Shown here: piece after piece, positions 39,801 to 54,185 of the stretch | Position numbering within the stretch: position 1 is the stretch's first letter | Layout of the letters: each line of letters starts with the position of its first letter | NCBI GenBank assembly: GCA_951406725.2 | Contig: OX597843.1 | Coordinates: forward strand, 10,540,001-10,604,000 | Source of the DNA: Octopus vulgaris | Lineage: Eukaryota | Length of the DNA: 64,000 nucleotides | Direction of reading: 5' to 3' | Notes under the pieces: model-generated | The model's database searches: none | What the model was told of the DNA's origin: nothing | The model's input: the letters and a program-made list of their open reading frames with translations, nothing else | Position numbers and translations under genes: made by a program

Positions 39801-42800
39801 GAAAGAAGCCCATCATATATATATACATAGGCAAAGGAGTGGCTGTGTGGTAAGTAGCTTGCTTACAAACCACATGGTTCCGGGTTCAGTCCCACTTGCG
39901 TGGCATCTTGGGCAAGTGTCTTCTACTATAGCCTCGGGCCGACCAAAGCCTTCTGAGTGGATTTGGTAGACGGAAACTGAAAGAAGCCCATCATATATAT
40001 ATACATAGGCAAAGGAGTGGCTGTGTGGTAAGTAGCTTGCTTACCAACCACACGGTTCCAGGTTCAGTCCCACTGCGTGGCACCTTGGGCAAGTGTCTTC
40101 TACTATAGCCTTGGGCCGACCAAAGCCTTGTGAGTGGATTTGGTAGACGGAAACTGAAAGAAGCCCATCATATATATATACATAGGCAAAGGAGTGGCTG
40201 TGTGGTAAGTAGCTTGCTTACCAACCACACGGTTCCAGGTTCAGTCCCACTGCGTGGCACCTTGGGCAAGTGTCTTCTACTATAGCCTTGGGCCGACCAA
40301 AGCCTTGTGAGTGGATTTGGTAGACGGAAACTGAAAGAAGCCCATCATATATATATAAATAGGCAAAGGAGTGGCTGTGTGGTAAGTAGCTTGCTTACCA
40401 ACCACACGGTTCCAGGTTCACTCCCACTGCGTGGCACCTTGGGCAAGTGTCTTCTACTATAGCCTTGGGCCGACCGAAGCCTTGTGAGTGGATTTGGTAG
40501 ACGGAAACTGAAAGAAGCCCATCATATATATATACATAGGCAAAGGAGTGGCTGTGTGGTAAGTAGCTTGCTTACCAACCACACGGTTCCAGGTTCACTC
40601 CCACTGCGTGGCACCTTGGGCAAGTGTCTTCTACTATAGCCTTGGGCCGACCAAAGCCTTGTGAGTGGATTTGGTAGACGGAAACTGAAAGAAGCCCATC
40701 ATATATATATAAATAGGCANNNNNNNNNNNNNNNNNNNNNNNNNNNNNNNNNNNNNNNNNNNNNNNNNNNNNNNNNNNNNNNNNNNNNNNNNNNNNNNNN
40801 NNNNNNNNNNNNNNNNNNNACACGGTTCCAGGTTCACTCCCACTGCGTGGCACCTTGGGCAAGTGTCTTCTACTATAGCCTTGGGCCGACCAAAGCCTTG
40901 TGAGTGGATTTGGTAGACGGAAACTGAAAGAAGCCCATCATATATATATAAATAGGCAAAGGAGTGGCTGTGTGGTAAGTAGCTTGCTTACCAACCACAC
41001 GGTTCCAGGTTCAGTCCCACTGCGTGGCACCTTGGGCAAGTGTCTTCTACTATAGCCTTGGGCCGACCAAAGCCTTGTGAGTGGATTTGGTAGACGGAAA
41101 CTGAAAGAAGCCCATCATATATATATACATAGGCAAAGGAGTGGCTGTGTGGTAAGTAGCTTGCTTACCAACCACACGGTTCCAGGTTCCTCCCACTGCG
41201 TGGCACCTTGGGCAAGTGTCTTCTACTATAGCCTTGGGCCGACCAAAGCCTTGTGAGTGGATTTGGTAGACGGAAACTGAAAGAAGCCCATCATATATAT
41301 ATACATAGGCAAAGGAGTGGCTGTGTGGTAAGTAGCTTGCTTACCAACCACACGGTTCCAGGTTCACTCCCACTGCGTGGCACCTTGGGCAAGTGTCTTC
41401 TACTATAGCCTTGGGCCGACCAAAGCCTTGTGAGTGGATTTGGTAGACGGAAACTGAAAGAAGCCCATCATATATATATACATAGGCAAAGGAGTGGCTG
41501 TGTGGTAAGTAGCTTGCTTACCAACCACACGGTTCCAGTTCACCCCACTGCGTGGTGGAGACATTTGGAGACGGAAACTGAAAGAAGCCCATCATATATA
41601 TACATAGGCAGAGTGGCTGTGTGGTAAGTAGCTTGCTTACCAACCACACGGTTCAGGTTGGGCAAGTGTCTTCTACTATAGCCTTGGGCCGACCAAAGCC
41701 TTGTGAGTGGATTTGGTAGACGGAAACTGAAAGAAGCCCATCATATATATATACATAGGCAAAGGAGTGGCTGTGTGGTAAGTAGCTTGCTTACCAACCA
41801 CACGGTTCCAGGTTCACTCCCACTGCGTGGCACCTTGGGCAAGTGTCTTCTACTATAGCCTTGGGCCGACCAAAGCCTTGTGAGTGGATTTGGTAGACGG
41901 AAACTGAAAGAAGCCCATCATATATATATACATAGGCAAAGGAGTGGCTGTGTGGTAAGTAGCTTGCTTACCAACCACACGGTTCCAGGTTCACTCCCAC
42001 TGCGTGGCACCTTGGGCAAGTGTCTTCTACTATAGCCTTGGGCCGACCAAAGCCTTGTGAGTGGATTTGGTAGACGGAAACTGAAAGAAGCCCATCATAT
42101 ATATATACATAGGCAAAGGAGTGGCTGTGTGGTAAGTAGCTTGCTTACCAACCACACGGTTCCAGGTTCACTCCCACTGCGTGGCACCTTGGGCAAGTGT
42201 CTTCTACTATAGCCTTGGGCCGACCAAAGCCTTGTGAGTGGATTTGGTAGACGGAAACTGAAAGAAGCCCATCATATATATACATAGGCAAAGGAGTGGC
42301 TGTGTGGTAAGTAGCTTGCTTACCAACCACACGGTTCCAGGTTCACTCCCACTGCGTGGCACCTTGGGCAAGTGTCTTCTACTATAGCCTTGGGCCGACC
42401 AAAGCCTTGTGAGTGGATTTGGTAGACGGAAACTGAAAGAAGCCCATCATATATATATACATAGGCAAAGGAGTGGCTGTGTGGTAAGTAGCTTGCTTAC
42501 CAACCACACGGTTCCAGGTTCACTCCCACTGCGTGGCACCTTGGGCAAGTGTCTTCTACTATAGCCTTGGGCCGACCAAAGCCTTGTGAGTGGATTTGGT
42601 AGACGGAAACTGAAAGAAGCCCATCATATATATATACATAGGCAAAGGAGTGGCTGTGTGGTAAGTAGCTTGCTTACCAACCACACGGTTCCAGGTTCAC
42701 TCCCACTGCGTGGCACCTTGGGCAAGTGTCTTCTACTATAGCCTTGGGCCGACCAAAGCCTTGTGAGTGGATTTGGTAGACGGAAACTGAAAGAAGCCCA

Positions 42801-45800
42801 TCATATATATATACATAGGCAAAGGAGTGGCTGTGTGGTAAGTAGCTTGCTTACCAACCACACGGTTCCAGGTTCACTCCCACTGCGTGGCATCTTGGGC
42901 AAGTGTCTTCTACTATAGCCTTGGGCCGACCAAAGCCTTGTGAGTGGATTTGGTAGACGGAAACTGAAAGAAGCCCATCATATATATATACATAGGCAAA
43001 GGAGTGGCTGTGTGGTAAGTAGCTTGCTTACCAACCACACGGTTCCAGGTTCACTCCCACTGCGTGGCATCTTGGGCAAGTGTCTTCTACTATAGCCTTG
43101 GGCCGACCAAAGCCTTGTGAGTGGATTTGGTAGACGGAAACTGAAAGAAGCCCATCATATATATATACATAGGCAAAGGAGTGGCTGTGTGGTAAGTAGC
43201 TTGCTTACCAACCACACGGTTCCAGGTTCACTCCACTGCGTGGCACCTTGGGCAAGTGTCTTCTACTATAGCCTTGGGCCGACCAAAGCCTTGTGAGTGG
43301 ATTTGGTAGACGGAAACTGAAAGAAGCCCATCATATATATATACATAGGCAAAGGAGTGGCTGTGTGGTAAGTAGCTTGCTTACCAACCACACGGTTCCA
43401 GGTTCACTCCCACTGCGTGGCACCTTGGGCAAGTGTCTTCTACTATAGCCTTGGGCCGACCAAAGCCTTGTGAGTGGATTTGGTAGACGGAAACTGAAAG
43501 AAGCCCATCATATATATATACATAGGCAAAGGAGTGGCTGTGTGGTAAGTAGCTTGCTTACCAACCACACGGTTCCAGGTTCACTCCCACTGCGTGGCAC
43601 CTTGGGCAAGTGTCTTCTACTATAGCCTTGGGCCGACCAAAGCCTTGTGAGTGGATTTGGTAGACGGAAACTGAAAGAAGCCCATCATATATATATACAT
43701 AGGCAAAGGAGTGGCTGTGTGGTAAGTAGCTTGCTTACCAACCACACGGTTCCAGGTTCACTCCCACTGCGTGGCACCTTGGGCAAGTGTCTTCTACTAT
43801 AGCCTTGGGCCGACCAAAGCCTTGTGAGTGGATTTGGTAGACGGAAACTGAAAGAAGCCCATCATATATATATACATAGGCAAAGGAGTGGCTGTGTGGT
43901 AAGTAGCTTGCTTACCAACCACACGGTTCCAGGTTCACCCCACTGCGTGGCACCTTGGGCAAGTGTCTTCTACTATAGCCTTGGGCCGACCAAAGCCTTG
44001 TGAGTGGATTTGGTAGACGGAAACTGAAAGAAGCCCATCATATATATATACATAGGCAAAGGAGTGGCTGTGTGGTAAGTAGCTTGCTTACCAACCACAC
44101 GGTTCCAGGTTCACTCCCACTGCGTGGCACCTTGGGCAAGTGTCTTCTACTATAGCCTTGGGCCGACCAAAGCCTTGTGAGTGGATTTGGTAGACGGAAA
44201 CTGAAAGAAGCCCATCATATATATATAAATAGGCAAAGGAGTGGCTGTGTGGTAAGTAGCTTGCTTACCAACCACACGGTTCCAGGTTCACTCCCACTGC
44301 GTGGCATCTTGGGCAAGTGTCTTCTACTATAGCCTTGGGCCGACCAAAGCCTTGTGAGTGGATTTGGTAGACGGAAACTGAAAGAAGCCCATCATATATA
44401 TATACATAGGCAAAGGAGTGGCTGTGTGGTAAGTAGCTTGCTTACCAACCACACGGTTCCAGGTTCACTCCCACTGCGTGGCACCTTGGGCAAGTGTCTT
44501 CTACTATAGCCTTGGGCCGACCAAAGCCTTGTGAGTGGATTTGGTAGACGGAAACTGAAAGAAGCCCATCATATATATATACATAGGCAAAGGAGTGGCT
44601 GTGTGGTAAGTAGCTTGCTTACCAACCACACGGTTCCAGGTTCACTCCACTGCGTGGCACCTTGGGCAAGTGTCTTCTACTATAGCCTTGGGCCGACCAA
44701 AGCCTTGTGAGTGGATTTGGTAGACGGAAACTGAAAGAAGCCCATCATATATATATACATAGGCAAAGGAGTGGCTGTGTGGTAAGTAGCTTGCTTACCA
44801 ACCACACGGTTCCAGGTTCACTCCCACTGCGTGGCACCTTGGGCAAGTGTCTTCTACTATAGCCTTGGGCCGACCAAAGCCTTGTGAGTGGATTTGGTAG
44901 ACGGAAACTGAAAGAAGCCCATCATATATATATACATAGGCAAAGGAGTGGCTGTGTGGTAAGTAGCTTGCTTACCAACCACACGGTTCCAGGTTCACTC
45001 CCACTGCGTGGCACCTTGGGCAAGTGTCTTCTACTATAGCCTTGGGCCGACCAAAGCCTTGTGAGTGGATTTGGTAGACGGAAACTGAAAGAAGCCCATC
45101 ATATATATATACATAGGCAAAGGAGTGGCTGTGTGGTAAGTAGCTTGCTTACCAACCACACGGTTCCAGGTTCACTCACTGCGTGGCACCTTGGGCAAGT
45201 GTCTTCTACTATAGCCTTGGGCCGACCAAAGCCTTGTGAGTGGATTTGGTAGACGGAAACTGAAAGAAGCCCATCATATATATATACATAGGCAAAGGAG
45301 TGGCTGTGTGGTAAGTAGCTTGCTTACCAACCACACGGTTCCAGGTTCACTCCCACTGCGTGGCACCTTGGGCAAGTGTCTTCTACTATAGCCTTGGGCC
45401 GACCAAAGCCTTGTGAGTGGATTTGGTAGACGGAAACTGAAAGAAGCCCATCATATATATATACATAGGCAAAGGAGTGGCTGTGTGGTAAGTAGCTTGC
45501 TTACCAACCACACGGTTCCAGGTTCACTCCCACTGCGTGGCATCTTGGGCAAGTGTCTTCTACTATAGCCTTGGGCCGACCAAAGCCTTGTGAGTGGATT
45601 TGGTAGACGGAAACTGAAAGAAGCCCATCATATATATATACATAGGCAAAGGAGTGGCTGTGTGGTAAGTAGCTTGCTTACCAACCACACGGTTCCAGGT
45701 TCACTCCCACTGCGTGGCACCTTGGGCAAGTGTCTTCTACTATAGCCTTGGGCCGACCAAAGCCTTGTGAGTGGATTTGTAGACGGAAACTGAAAGAAGC

Positions 45801-47565
45801 CCATCATATATATATACATAGGCAAAGGAGTGGCTGTGTGGTAAGTAGCTTGCTTACCAACCACACGGTTCCAGGTTCACTCCCACTGCGTGGCACCTTG
45901 GGCAAGTGTCTTCTACTATAGCCTTGGGCCGACCAAAGCCTTGTGAGTGGATTTGGTAGACGGAAACTGAAAGAAGCCCATCATATATATATACATAGGC
46001 AAAGGAGTGGCTGTGTGGTAAGTAGCTTGCTTACCAACCACACGGTTCCAGGTTCACTCCCACTGCGTGGCACCTTGGGCAAGTGTCTTCTACTATAGCC
46101 TTGGGCCGACCAAAGCCTTGTGAGTGGATTTGGTAGACGGAAACTGAAAGAAGCCCATCGTATAGGCGCAGGGGTGGCTGTGTGGTAAGTAGCTTGTTTA
46201 CCAACCACATGGTTCCGGGTTCAGTCCCACTGCATGGCACCTTGGGCAGGTGTCTTCTACTATAGCCTTGGGCCGACCAAAGCCTTGTGAGTGGATTTGG
46301 TAGACGGAAACTGAAAGAAGCCCATCATATATATATAAATAGGCAAAGGAGTGGCTGTGTGGTAAGTAGCTTGCTTACCAACCACACGGTTCCAGGTTCA
46401 CTCCCACTGCGTGGCACCTTGGGCAAGTGTCTTCTACTATAGCCTTGGGCCGACCAAAGCCTTGTGAGTGGATTTGGTAGACGGAAACTGAAAGAAGCCC
46501 ATCATATATATATACATAGGCAAAGGAGTGGCTGTGTGGTAAGTAGCTTGCTTACCAACCACACGGTTCCAGGTTCACTCCCACTGCGTGGCACCTTGGG
46601 CAAGTGTCTTCTACTATAGCCTCGGGCCGACCAAAGCCTTGTGAGTGGATTTGGTAGACGGAAACTGAAAGAAGCCCATCATATATATATAAATAGGCAA
46701 AGGAGTGGCTGTGTGGGAAGTAGCTTGCTTACCAACCACACGGTTCCGGGTTCAGTCCACTGCGTGGCACCTTGGGCAAGTGTCTTCTACTATAGCCTTG
46801 GGCCGACCAAAGCCTTGTGAGTGGATTTGGTAGACGGAAACTGAAAGAAGCCCATCATATATATATAAATAGGGAAAGGAGTGGCTGTGTGGTAAGTAGC
46901 TTGCTTACCAACCACACGGTTCCAGGTTCACTCCCACTGCGTGGCACCTTGGGCAAGTGTCTTCTACTATAGCCTCGGGCCGACCAAAGCCTTGTGAGTG
47001 GATTTGGTAGACGGAAACTGAAAGAAGCCCATCATATATATATAAATAGGCAAAGGAGTGGCTGTGTGGTAAGTAGCTTGCTTACCAACCACACGGTTCC
47101 AGGTTCACTCCCACTGCGTGGCACCTTGGGCAAGTGTCTTCTACTATAGCCTCTGGCCGACCAAAGCCTTGTGAGTGGATTTGGTAGACGGAAACTGAAA
47201 GAAGCCCATCATATATATATAAATAGGCAAAGGAGTGGCTGTGTGGTAAGTAGCTTGCTTACCAACCACACGGTTCCAGGTTCACTCCCACTGCGTGGCA
47301 CCTTGGGCAAGTGTCTTCTACTATAGCCTCGGGCCGACCAAAGCCTTGTGAGTGGATTTGGTAGACGGAAACTGAAAGAAGCCCATCATATATATATAAA
47401 TAGGCAAAGGAGTGGCTGTGTGGGAAGTAGCTTGCTTACCAACTACACGGTTCCGGGTTCAGTCCCACTGCGTGGCACCTTGGGCAAGTGTCTTCTACTA
47501 TAGCCTTGGGCCGACCAAAGCCTTGTGAGTGGATTTGGTAGACGGAAACTGAAAGAAGCCGTCGT
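33812..47565 (+). repeat. SINE-derived satellite: ~77-78 head-to-tail copies of a 177-bp tRNA-SINE 5' module; the last unit continues into a full SINE tail (to ~47832)
   Basis: Heads at 33814, 33991, 34168... to 47403; units joined by CCCATCATATATATATA(A/C)ATA; lies wholly within one CMIP intron. Confidence 0.97.
40720..40819. other. Assembly gap (100 N) inside the satellite
   Basis: Run of N; true array length unknown. Confidence 1.
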
Positions 47566-47572
47566 ATATATG

Positions 47573-47621
<49 letters not shown>

Positions 47622-48373
47622 GTTTGTGTGTCTGTGTTTGTCCCCCCCCCCCAACATCGCTTCACAAATGATGCTGGTGTGTTTACGTCCCTGTTACTTA
47701 GCGGTTCAGCAAAAGAGACTGATAGAATAAGTACTAGGCTTACAAGAATAAGTCCTGGGGTCCATATGCTAGACTAAAAAGGCGGTGCTCCAGCATGGCC
47801 GCAGTGAAATGACAGAAACAAGTAAAAGAGTAAGTGACCGAGTACTCCACAGAGATTCAGTGTGAAGCAGAATGTAACCAGAGTGGCCCTTTTGACTATA
47901 GGGTCACCTCATTTTTGCCAGCTGAATGGACTGGCATGAACTGCATACTCTAACTACTAAGCCATGTGCCTTCATTTAATTATTAATTAAATGAATTATT
48001 AGCAATAATTAATTGCTACAATTTAATTGAGATCTTATAAATTACTTGATGTCTTCAATAACATTACATACGTTCATGTGCGAGGCACCGTATATGAAGA
48101 GAAGCAACTCTAGCTTCTTAAAGTTGACAAATAAAGGTTATAATTGTGTGTGTGCGTGTGTATATCTATGTCCCTACTTACACTCAGCCGGGTGCAGGCT
48201 GTGTGCTAAGAAGTGGGCTTCCCAACCACATGATTCCAGGATCAGTCCCACTGCGTGGCACCTTGGCTAAGTGTCTCTTACTATAGCCTCGAGCTGACCA
48301 AAGCCTTGTGAGTGGATTTGGTAAACAGAAATTGAAAGAAGCCCATCGTGATATATATATATATATATATATA

Positions 48374-48518
48374 TTTACATACAAATTTTAAAGGACTGAC
48401 CACTAAAAGTGGACGGTCAATATGCTAGATATAGACGTCAAAAAGCGATTTTGACGTCTATATCTAGCATGTTGACCATCCACTTTTAGTGGTCAATCCT
48501 TAAAATTTTGTATGCAAA
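48374..48518. repeat. Imperfect ~145-bp palindrome in a (TA)n-flanked insert
   Basis: GACCACTAAAAGTGGA..ATGCTAGATATAGACGTCAAAA / TTTTGACGTCTATATCTAGCAT..TCCACTTTTAGTGGTC. Confidence 0.9.
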
Positions 48519-48596
48519 AATATTTTAATCTTCAGATTTTTTTAATATGCTAGGCCACTGGTTTTAATTAATTAATATCAATTTCTACCCTTATTC

Positions 48597-48637
<41 letters not shown>

Positions 48638-48641
<4 letters not shown>

Positions 48642-49196
48642 TTGATCACCTTGACTGACCAGTCCATCAGGCGTCCATTTGACACCGCTGGTCACAGCAC
48701 GCTGTCCACTCCTCTCTGGATCGCGCCTTTCTCATCCACGTGGTCCCAATCATTCTCCTGAAATCCTAACTCCACCGTCATGGAGGTCTTCCGTGTGGTC
48801 TTTTCCGCTCGCGTGGGTACCACTCGACAACTGCGTGTGTCCACCGATTATCGGTAAGCCGGGCAACGTGTCCAGCCCATCTATACATGCTGCGTGTATA
48901 CTCTGCGATGACATCTCTCACGCCGGACTTCTTTCTGATGATCTCGCTACTGATGTGCTCTCTCAACGAGATACCAAGCATTGACCTTTCCATGGCTCTT
49001 TGAGCTGTTACCAGTCTCTGCTCTTCTCTCTTTGTGGTAGGCCATGTTTCACTACCATATAACATTGCTGGCAGAACTGCACTGTTAATGAGGTTGGCGC
49101 GGGTAGTCCTGTCCAACCTTCCCTTGAGCACATCCCTTATGCCATTGAACGCCTTCCATCCGGCCCTTACTCTCCGTGAGATCTCCTTTTCGAAAA
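48638..49196 (-). mobile_element. RTE-clade LINE, 5'-truncated ORF2 C-terminus
   Basis: EISRRVRAGWKAF...VLPAMLYGSETW...AMERSMLGISLR...RWAGHVARLTDNRW...KRPHGRPP*. Confidence 0.92.
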
Positions 49197-49204
49197 GGAA
49201 AAGG

Positions 49205-49235
<31 letters not shown>

Positions 49236-50611
49236 TGTGCTTTTGTGTTTGTCCCTCACTATCGCTTGACAACCGCTGCTGGTGTGTTTATGTCCCCATA
49301 AGTTAGCGGTGCAGCAAAAGAGACCGATAAAATAAGTACTCGGCTTATGAAGAATAAGTCCTGGGATCCTAGATTTGTTCAACTACAGGTGGTGCTTCAG
49401 CATGGCCGCACTCAAATGAGTGAAAGAAGTAAAAGAATATATATATATATATTTTTTTTTTACTTGTTTCAGTCATTTGACTGCGACCATGCTGGAGCAC
49501 CGCCTTTAGTCAAGTAACTCGACCCCGGGACTTATTCTTTGTAAGCGCAGTACTTATTCTATTGGTCTCTTTTGCCAAACCGCTAAGTGACGGGGATGTA
49601 AACACACCAGCATCGGTTGTCAAGCGATGTTGGGGGGACAAACACAGACACACATATATATATACATATATACGATGGGCTTCTAGATTTGTTCAACTAC
49701 AGGTGGTGCTTCAGCATGGCCGCACTCAAATGAGTGAAACAAGTAAAAGAATATATATATATATAGACCAAAGTGTACGTACGCCACTATATACAAGAGC
49801 ATTAGATTCCTTGGAAGAAAGCAGCAAATGTATACAAAAACAAGGATGGTAAAAAAACGGACGTTACACAAATACAATAAAAATAATAACAGGACATAAC
49901 AACAGGTGTCTTTCGACTAAGGACAAGTTAGATTAAGCTGGCATGTGTGGAAATGAAGCCTTACGGCAGGGATATTTTAGATATTATTTTATATATATAT
50001 ATGGTAAGTAGCTTGTTTACCAACCACATGGTTCCGGGTTCAGTCCCACTGCATGGCACCTTGGGCAAGTGTCTTCTACTATAGCCTCGGGCCGACCAAA
50101 GCCTTATGAGTGGATTTTGTAGACCGAAACTGAAAGAAGCTCGTTTTTATATATGTATATGTATGTATATATGCGTGTGTGTGTTTGTGTGTCTGTGTTT
50201 GTCCCCCTAGCATTGCTTGACAACCGATGCTGGTGTGTTTATGTCCCCGTTACTTAGCGGTTCGGCAAAAGAGACCTATAGAATAAGTACTGGGCTTACA
50301 AAAGAATAAGTCCCAGGATCGAGTTGCTCAATTAAAGGCGGTGCTCCAGCATGGCCGCAGTCACATGACTGAAACAAGTAAAAGAGTAAAAGAGTATGTA
50401 TATATATATATATATTGTCAATAATAAAAGGTTAAAATTAATTAATTATTAATTAGTGTTCAGTACGTAAAGACCATTTACGGTATATTTAAAACAATAC
50501 GTTATATAATTAGGGTTTGTCTGGGAGACTTTTCTTATAGTAGAGGAAATAGCTAAATTTTTTGGCTGCTATTTCTAAAAGTTCGGTGTCTGGTAAAGTA
50601 AATATAACGTA

Positions 50612-50645
<34 letters not shown>

Positions 50646-51283
50646 ATTGTGTATGTAATTAAATATGTATATATGATGTATGTATATATAAGTGTGTGTG
50701 TGTATTCATATGAGTGTGTGTATGCGTGTACTAGCAAGCTTAGCACTTTGGGCTAACAGATCCTTCTTGCAGGCATTATACCATTATACGCATTTTAAGA
50801 CAGCAAAGTGCCTAGTATTGCGTCAAATCCTGTTTGAGAAGTGTTCACTTCAAGAGCATACATACTTATACAAATAAACTACACGTGGCTGTGTGGTAAG
50901 TAGCTTGCTTACCAACCACATGGTTCTGGGTTCAGTCCCACTGCATGGCATCTTGGGCAAGTGTCTTCTGCTATAGCCCCGGGCCGACCAATGCCTTGTG
51001 AGTGGATTTGGTAGACGGAAACTGAAAGAAGCCCGTCGTATATATGTATCTATCTATATATATATATATACACACACACATACTTATATATATATGTACA
51101 CACACATACATACATAGGCGCAGGAGTGGCTGTGTGGTAAGTAGCTTGCTTACCAACCACTTGGTTCTGGGTTCAGTCCCACTGCGTGGCATCTTGGGCA
51201 AGTGTCTTCTGCTATAGCCCCGGGCCGACCAATGCCTTGTGAGTGGATTTGGTAGACGGAAACTGAAAGAAGCCTGTCATGTA

Positions 51284-51333
<50 letters not shown>

Positions 51334-51861
51334 AGTGACTGTGTGGTAAGTAGCTTGTTTACCAACCACATGGTTCCGGGTTCAGTCCCACTGCGTGGCA
51401 TCTTGGGTAAGTGTCTTCTACTATAGCCTTGGGCCGACCAAAGCCTTGTGAGTGAATTTGGTTGACGGAAACTGAAAGAAGCCCGTCGTATATATGTATA
51501 TATATGTGTGTGTGTGTATATGTTTGTGTGTCTGTGTTTGTCCCTCGAGCATTGCATGACAACCATGCTGGTGCGTTTATATCCCTGTCACTTAGCGGTC
51601 CGGCAAAAGCGACTGATAGAATGAGTACTGGGCTTACAAAGAATAAGTCCCGGGGTCAATTTGGTTGACTAAAGGTGGTGCTCCAGCATGGCCACAGTCA
51701 AATGACTGCAACAAGTAATTTGCACATGCATCTGAATGAGAGGACAAATAAGAAAGGGTTAGATTTTGTAGGGGTTATGATATATGTAGTGGGTTTTGGT
51801 GGTTGTGGTGCTGCACACCCAGTGTTTAATGGCCCCCTTCTGTTGATCTCTCTTGTTGCAG

Positions 51862-52018
51862 GCGCATGAAACCTATCATCAAACAGATTGCCCTCGACCC
51901 AAGCTGTAACACACACCAGACACTGTTGAGTATCCGTGAGAATAAAGAAGGATGGTTCAATCTCTACTGTCCAGGAAACATCTGTTGTGATGATGACGGA
52001 GAATTATGGGGCATTATG
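51862..52018 (+). CDS. CMIP: CMIP-like exon: (T)RMKPIIKQIALDPSCNTHQTLLSIRENKEGWFNLYCPGNICCDDDGELWGIM
   Basis: ttgcag acceptor, GTGAGT donor; matches CMIP [29 protein letters not shown]. Confidence 0.94.
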
Positions 52019-52302
52019 GTGAGTAAAGATTGATGAGTGAGTGTGTGTGTGTGTGTGTGTAATTAAAGTTGGACATGAGAATTTCATCAACATCATCAGT
52101 ATCATCATCATCATCATCATCATTGTCTACTTTTCCCATGCTTGCATGAGTCAGGCACAATTTACTGAGGCAGGTTTTCTAGGGCTGGGATGCCCTTCCT
52201 GTCATCAACCCTCACCTGTTCCCCAGGCAGGGTAATATTTCCCTATGACCAGATATGTTTTTTTTTATGGAAGACTGGAAATAAACAGCTTTGCTTGTAT
52301 CA

Positions 52303-52351
<49 letters not shown>

Positions 52352-52598
52352 CATTATTATTATTATTAAGGTGACAAGTTGGCAGAATGGTTAGCACACT
52401 GGGCAAAATCTTAACAGCATTTTATCCGTTGCTGTGTTCGAGTTCAAATTCCGTCAAGGTCAACTTTGCCTTTCATTCCTTTGGGGTCGATAAATTAAGT
52501 ACCAGTGAAACACTGGGGTCAGTGTAATCAACTTAATCCCTTCACCTGAAGTTGATGGACTTCTGCCAAAATTTGAAGTCATCATTATTATTATTGTT

Positions 52599-52653
<55 letters not shown>

Positions 52654-53246
52654 ACATCATCATCATCATTATTATTATTTATTATTATCATCATCATCAT
52701 CATCATCATCATTATTATTATTATTATTGTTGTTGTTGTTGTTAAGAAGGTGGTGAGGTTGCAGGGTTGTTAAAATAACTGGTTCTTATTTTATTGACCC
52801 TGAAAGGATAAAAGGCAAAGCCAACCTTGGTGAAATTTGAACTCAGAATCATCATCATCATCATCATCATCATCTTTGTTGTTGTCATTGCTTAATGTCT
52901 GCTTTCCATGCTGGCATGGGTTGGACGAGTGTAAAGACAAATGAAATACCAGTAAGCATTTTACCTGGAATGCTTACCATTCTGCCTGCTCATTGCCCTC
53001 TTGTTATTATTAATATTGCTTTCAAATTTTGGCACAAGGCCGGCAATTTTGGGAGAGTGGTTAAGTCTATTTCATCAACCCCAGTGTTCAACTAGGTACT
53101 TGTTTTATTGACCCTGAAAGGATAAAAGGCAAAGTCGTCCTCAACTCAGAACATAAGATTTCAACTCAGAACATAAAAATGGATGAAATACCGCTAAGAA
53201 TTTTGCCTGGTATTTTCACAATTCTACCAGGTCATCGTCTTAGTTT

Positions 53247-53610
53247 GTTACCTCCAGCTTAGTGAAGGCGGAGATATTGTTTTCAGTTCTGTTTGTTTGT
53301 CTGTGGACAAAATATCTCAAGAACCACTGAATGGATTCGGATGAAACTTTCAGGGATGTTTGGCCTCGTGAATGGCATGAACTGATTAGATTTTGGGATT
53401 GATCCGGTACCAGACAAGGATTCTAGATTATTTTTCCAATTTTTTTTTTACTTAATTTTTGAGAGTGGTCGGGTTCATTTTTAGCATTCTCATTTCTGAG
53501 AGCAGTCGAGTTTATTTCAGATATTCTCATTTTAAAAATCATCTCTGGTTCATCATTGAGAGGGTGTTGGTTTTGCTTTGGAGGAGGTTTGCACCCTCAG
53601 AGTGCTTTTG
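53247..53610 (+). mobile_element. Helentron/DINE-1-like non-autonomous element
   Basis: TTACCTCC start, GTTT/GTCT tract, subterminal GGAGGAGGT followed by hairpin GCACCCTCAGAGTGC and T-run. Confidence 0.6.
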
Positions 53611-54185
53611 TTATTATTAATCACCATCATCATCGTTTAGCGTTTGTTTTCCATGCTGGCATGGGGTTGGATGGTGCAACTGGGGTCTGGGAAGCCAGAA
53701 GGCTGCACCAGGCCCAGTCTGATCTGGCAATGTTTCTACGGCTGGATGCCCTTCCTAACGCCAACCACTCCATGAGTGTAGTGGGTGCTTTTTACGTGCC
53801 ACCAGCACAGGAGCCAGATGAGGCTAGCAAACGGCCACGATCGGATGGTGCTTTTTACGTGCCACTGGCACAGGAGCCAGGCGAGGCTGGCAACGGCCAC
53901 GGTTGGATGGTGCTTTTTTTGTGCCACCAGCACAGGAGCCAGGCGAGGCTGGCAACGGCCACGATCAGATGGTGCTTTTTACGTGCCACCGGCACGGAAG
54001 CCAGTCGGGGCAGCGCTGGCAACGGCCACGTTCGGATGGTTCTCTTATGTGCCACCTGCACTGGTATCACAGCTGCAATTTCCATTGATGTTGATCGATT
54101 TTGATTTGATTTTCACTTGCCTCTGATTATTGTTAATATTTATTAATTACCGTAATTAACTGGTTAATTATTTTATCATCCACAG

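Noticed and set aside
41530-41670. Two shortened, scrambled satellite units
   Set aside because: Scattered small deletions close to an assembly gap; most likely consensus/sequencing error
33812-47565. CRISPR-like array or tRNA gene cluster
   Set aside because: Units are near-identical end to end with no unique spacers, there are no cas genes and the context is eukaryotic; the head is tRNA-derived but continues into a SINE body that matches dispersed copies
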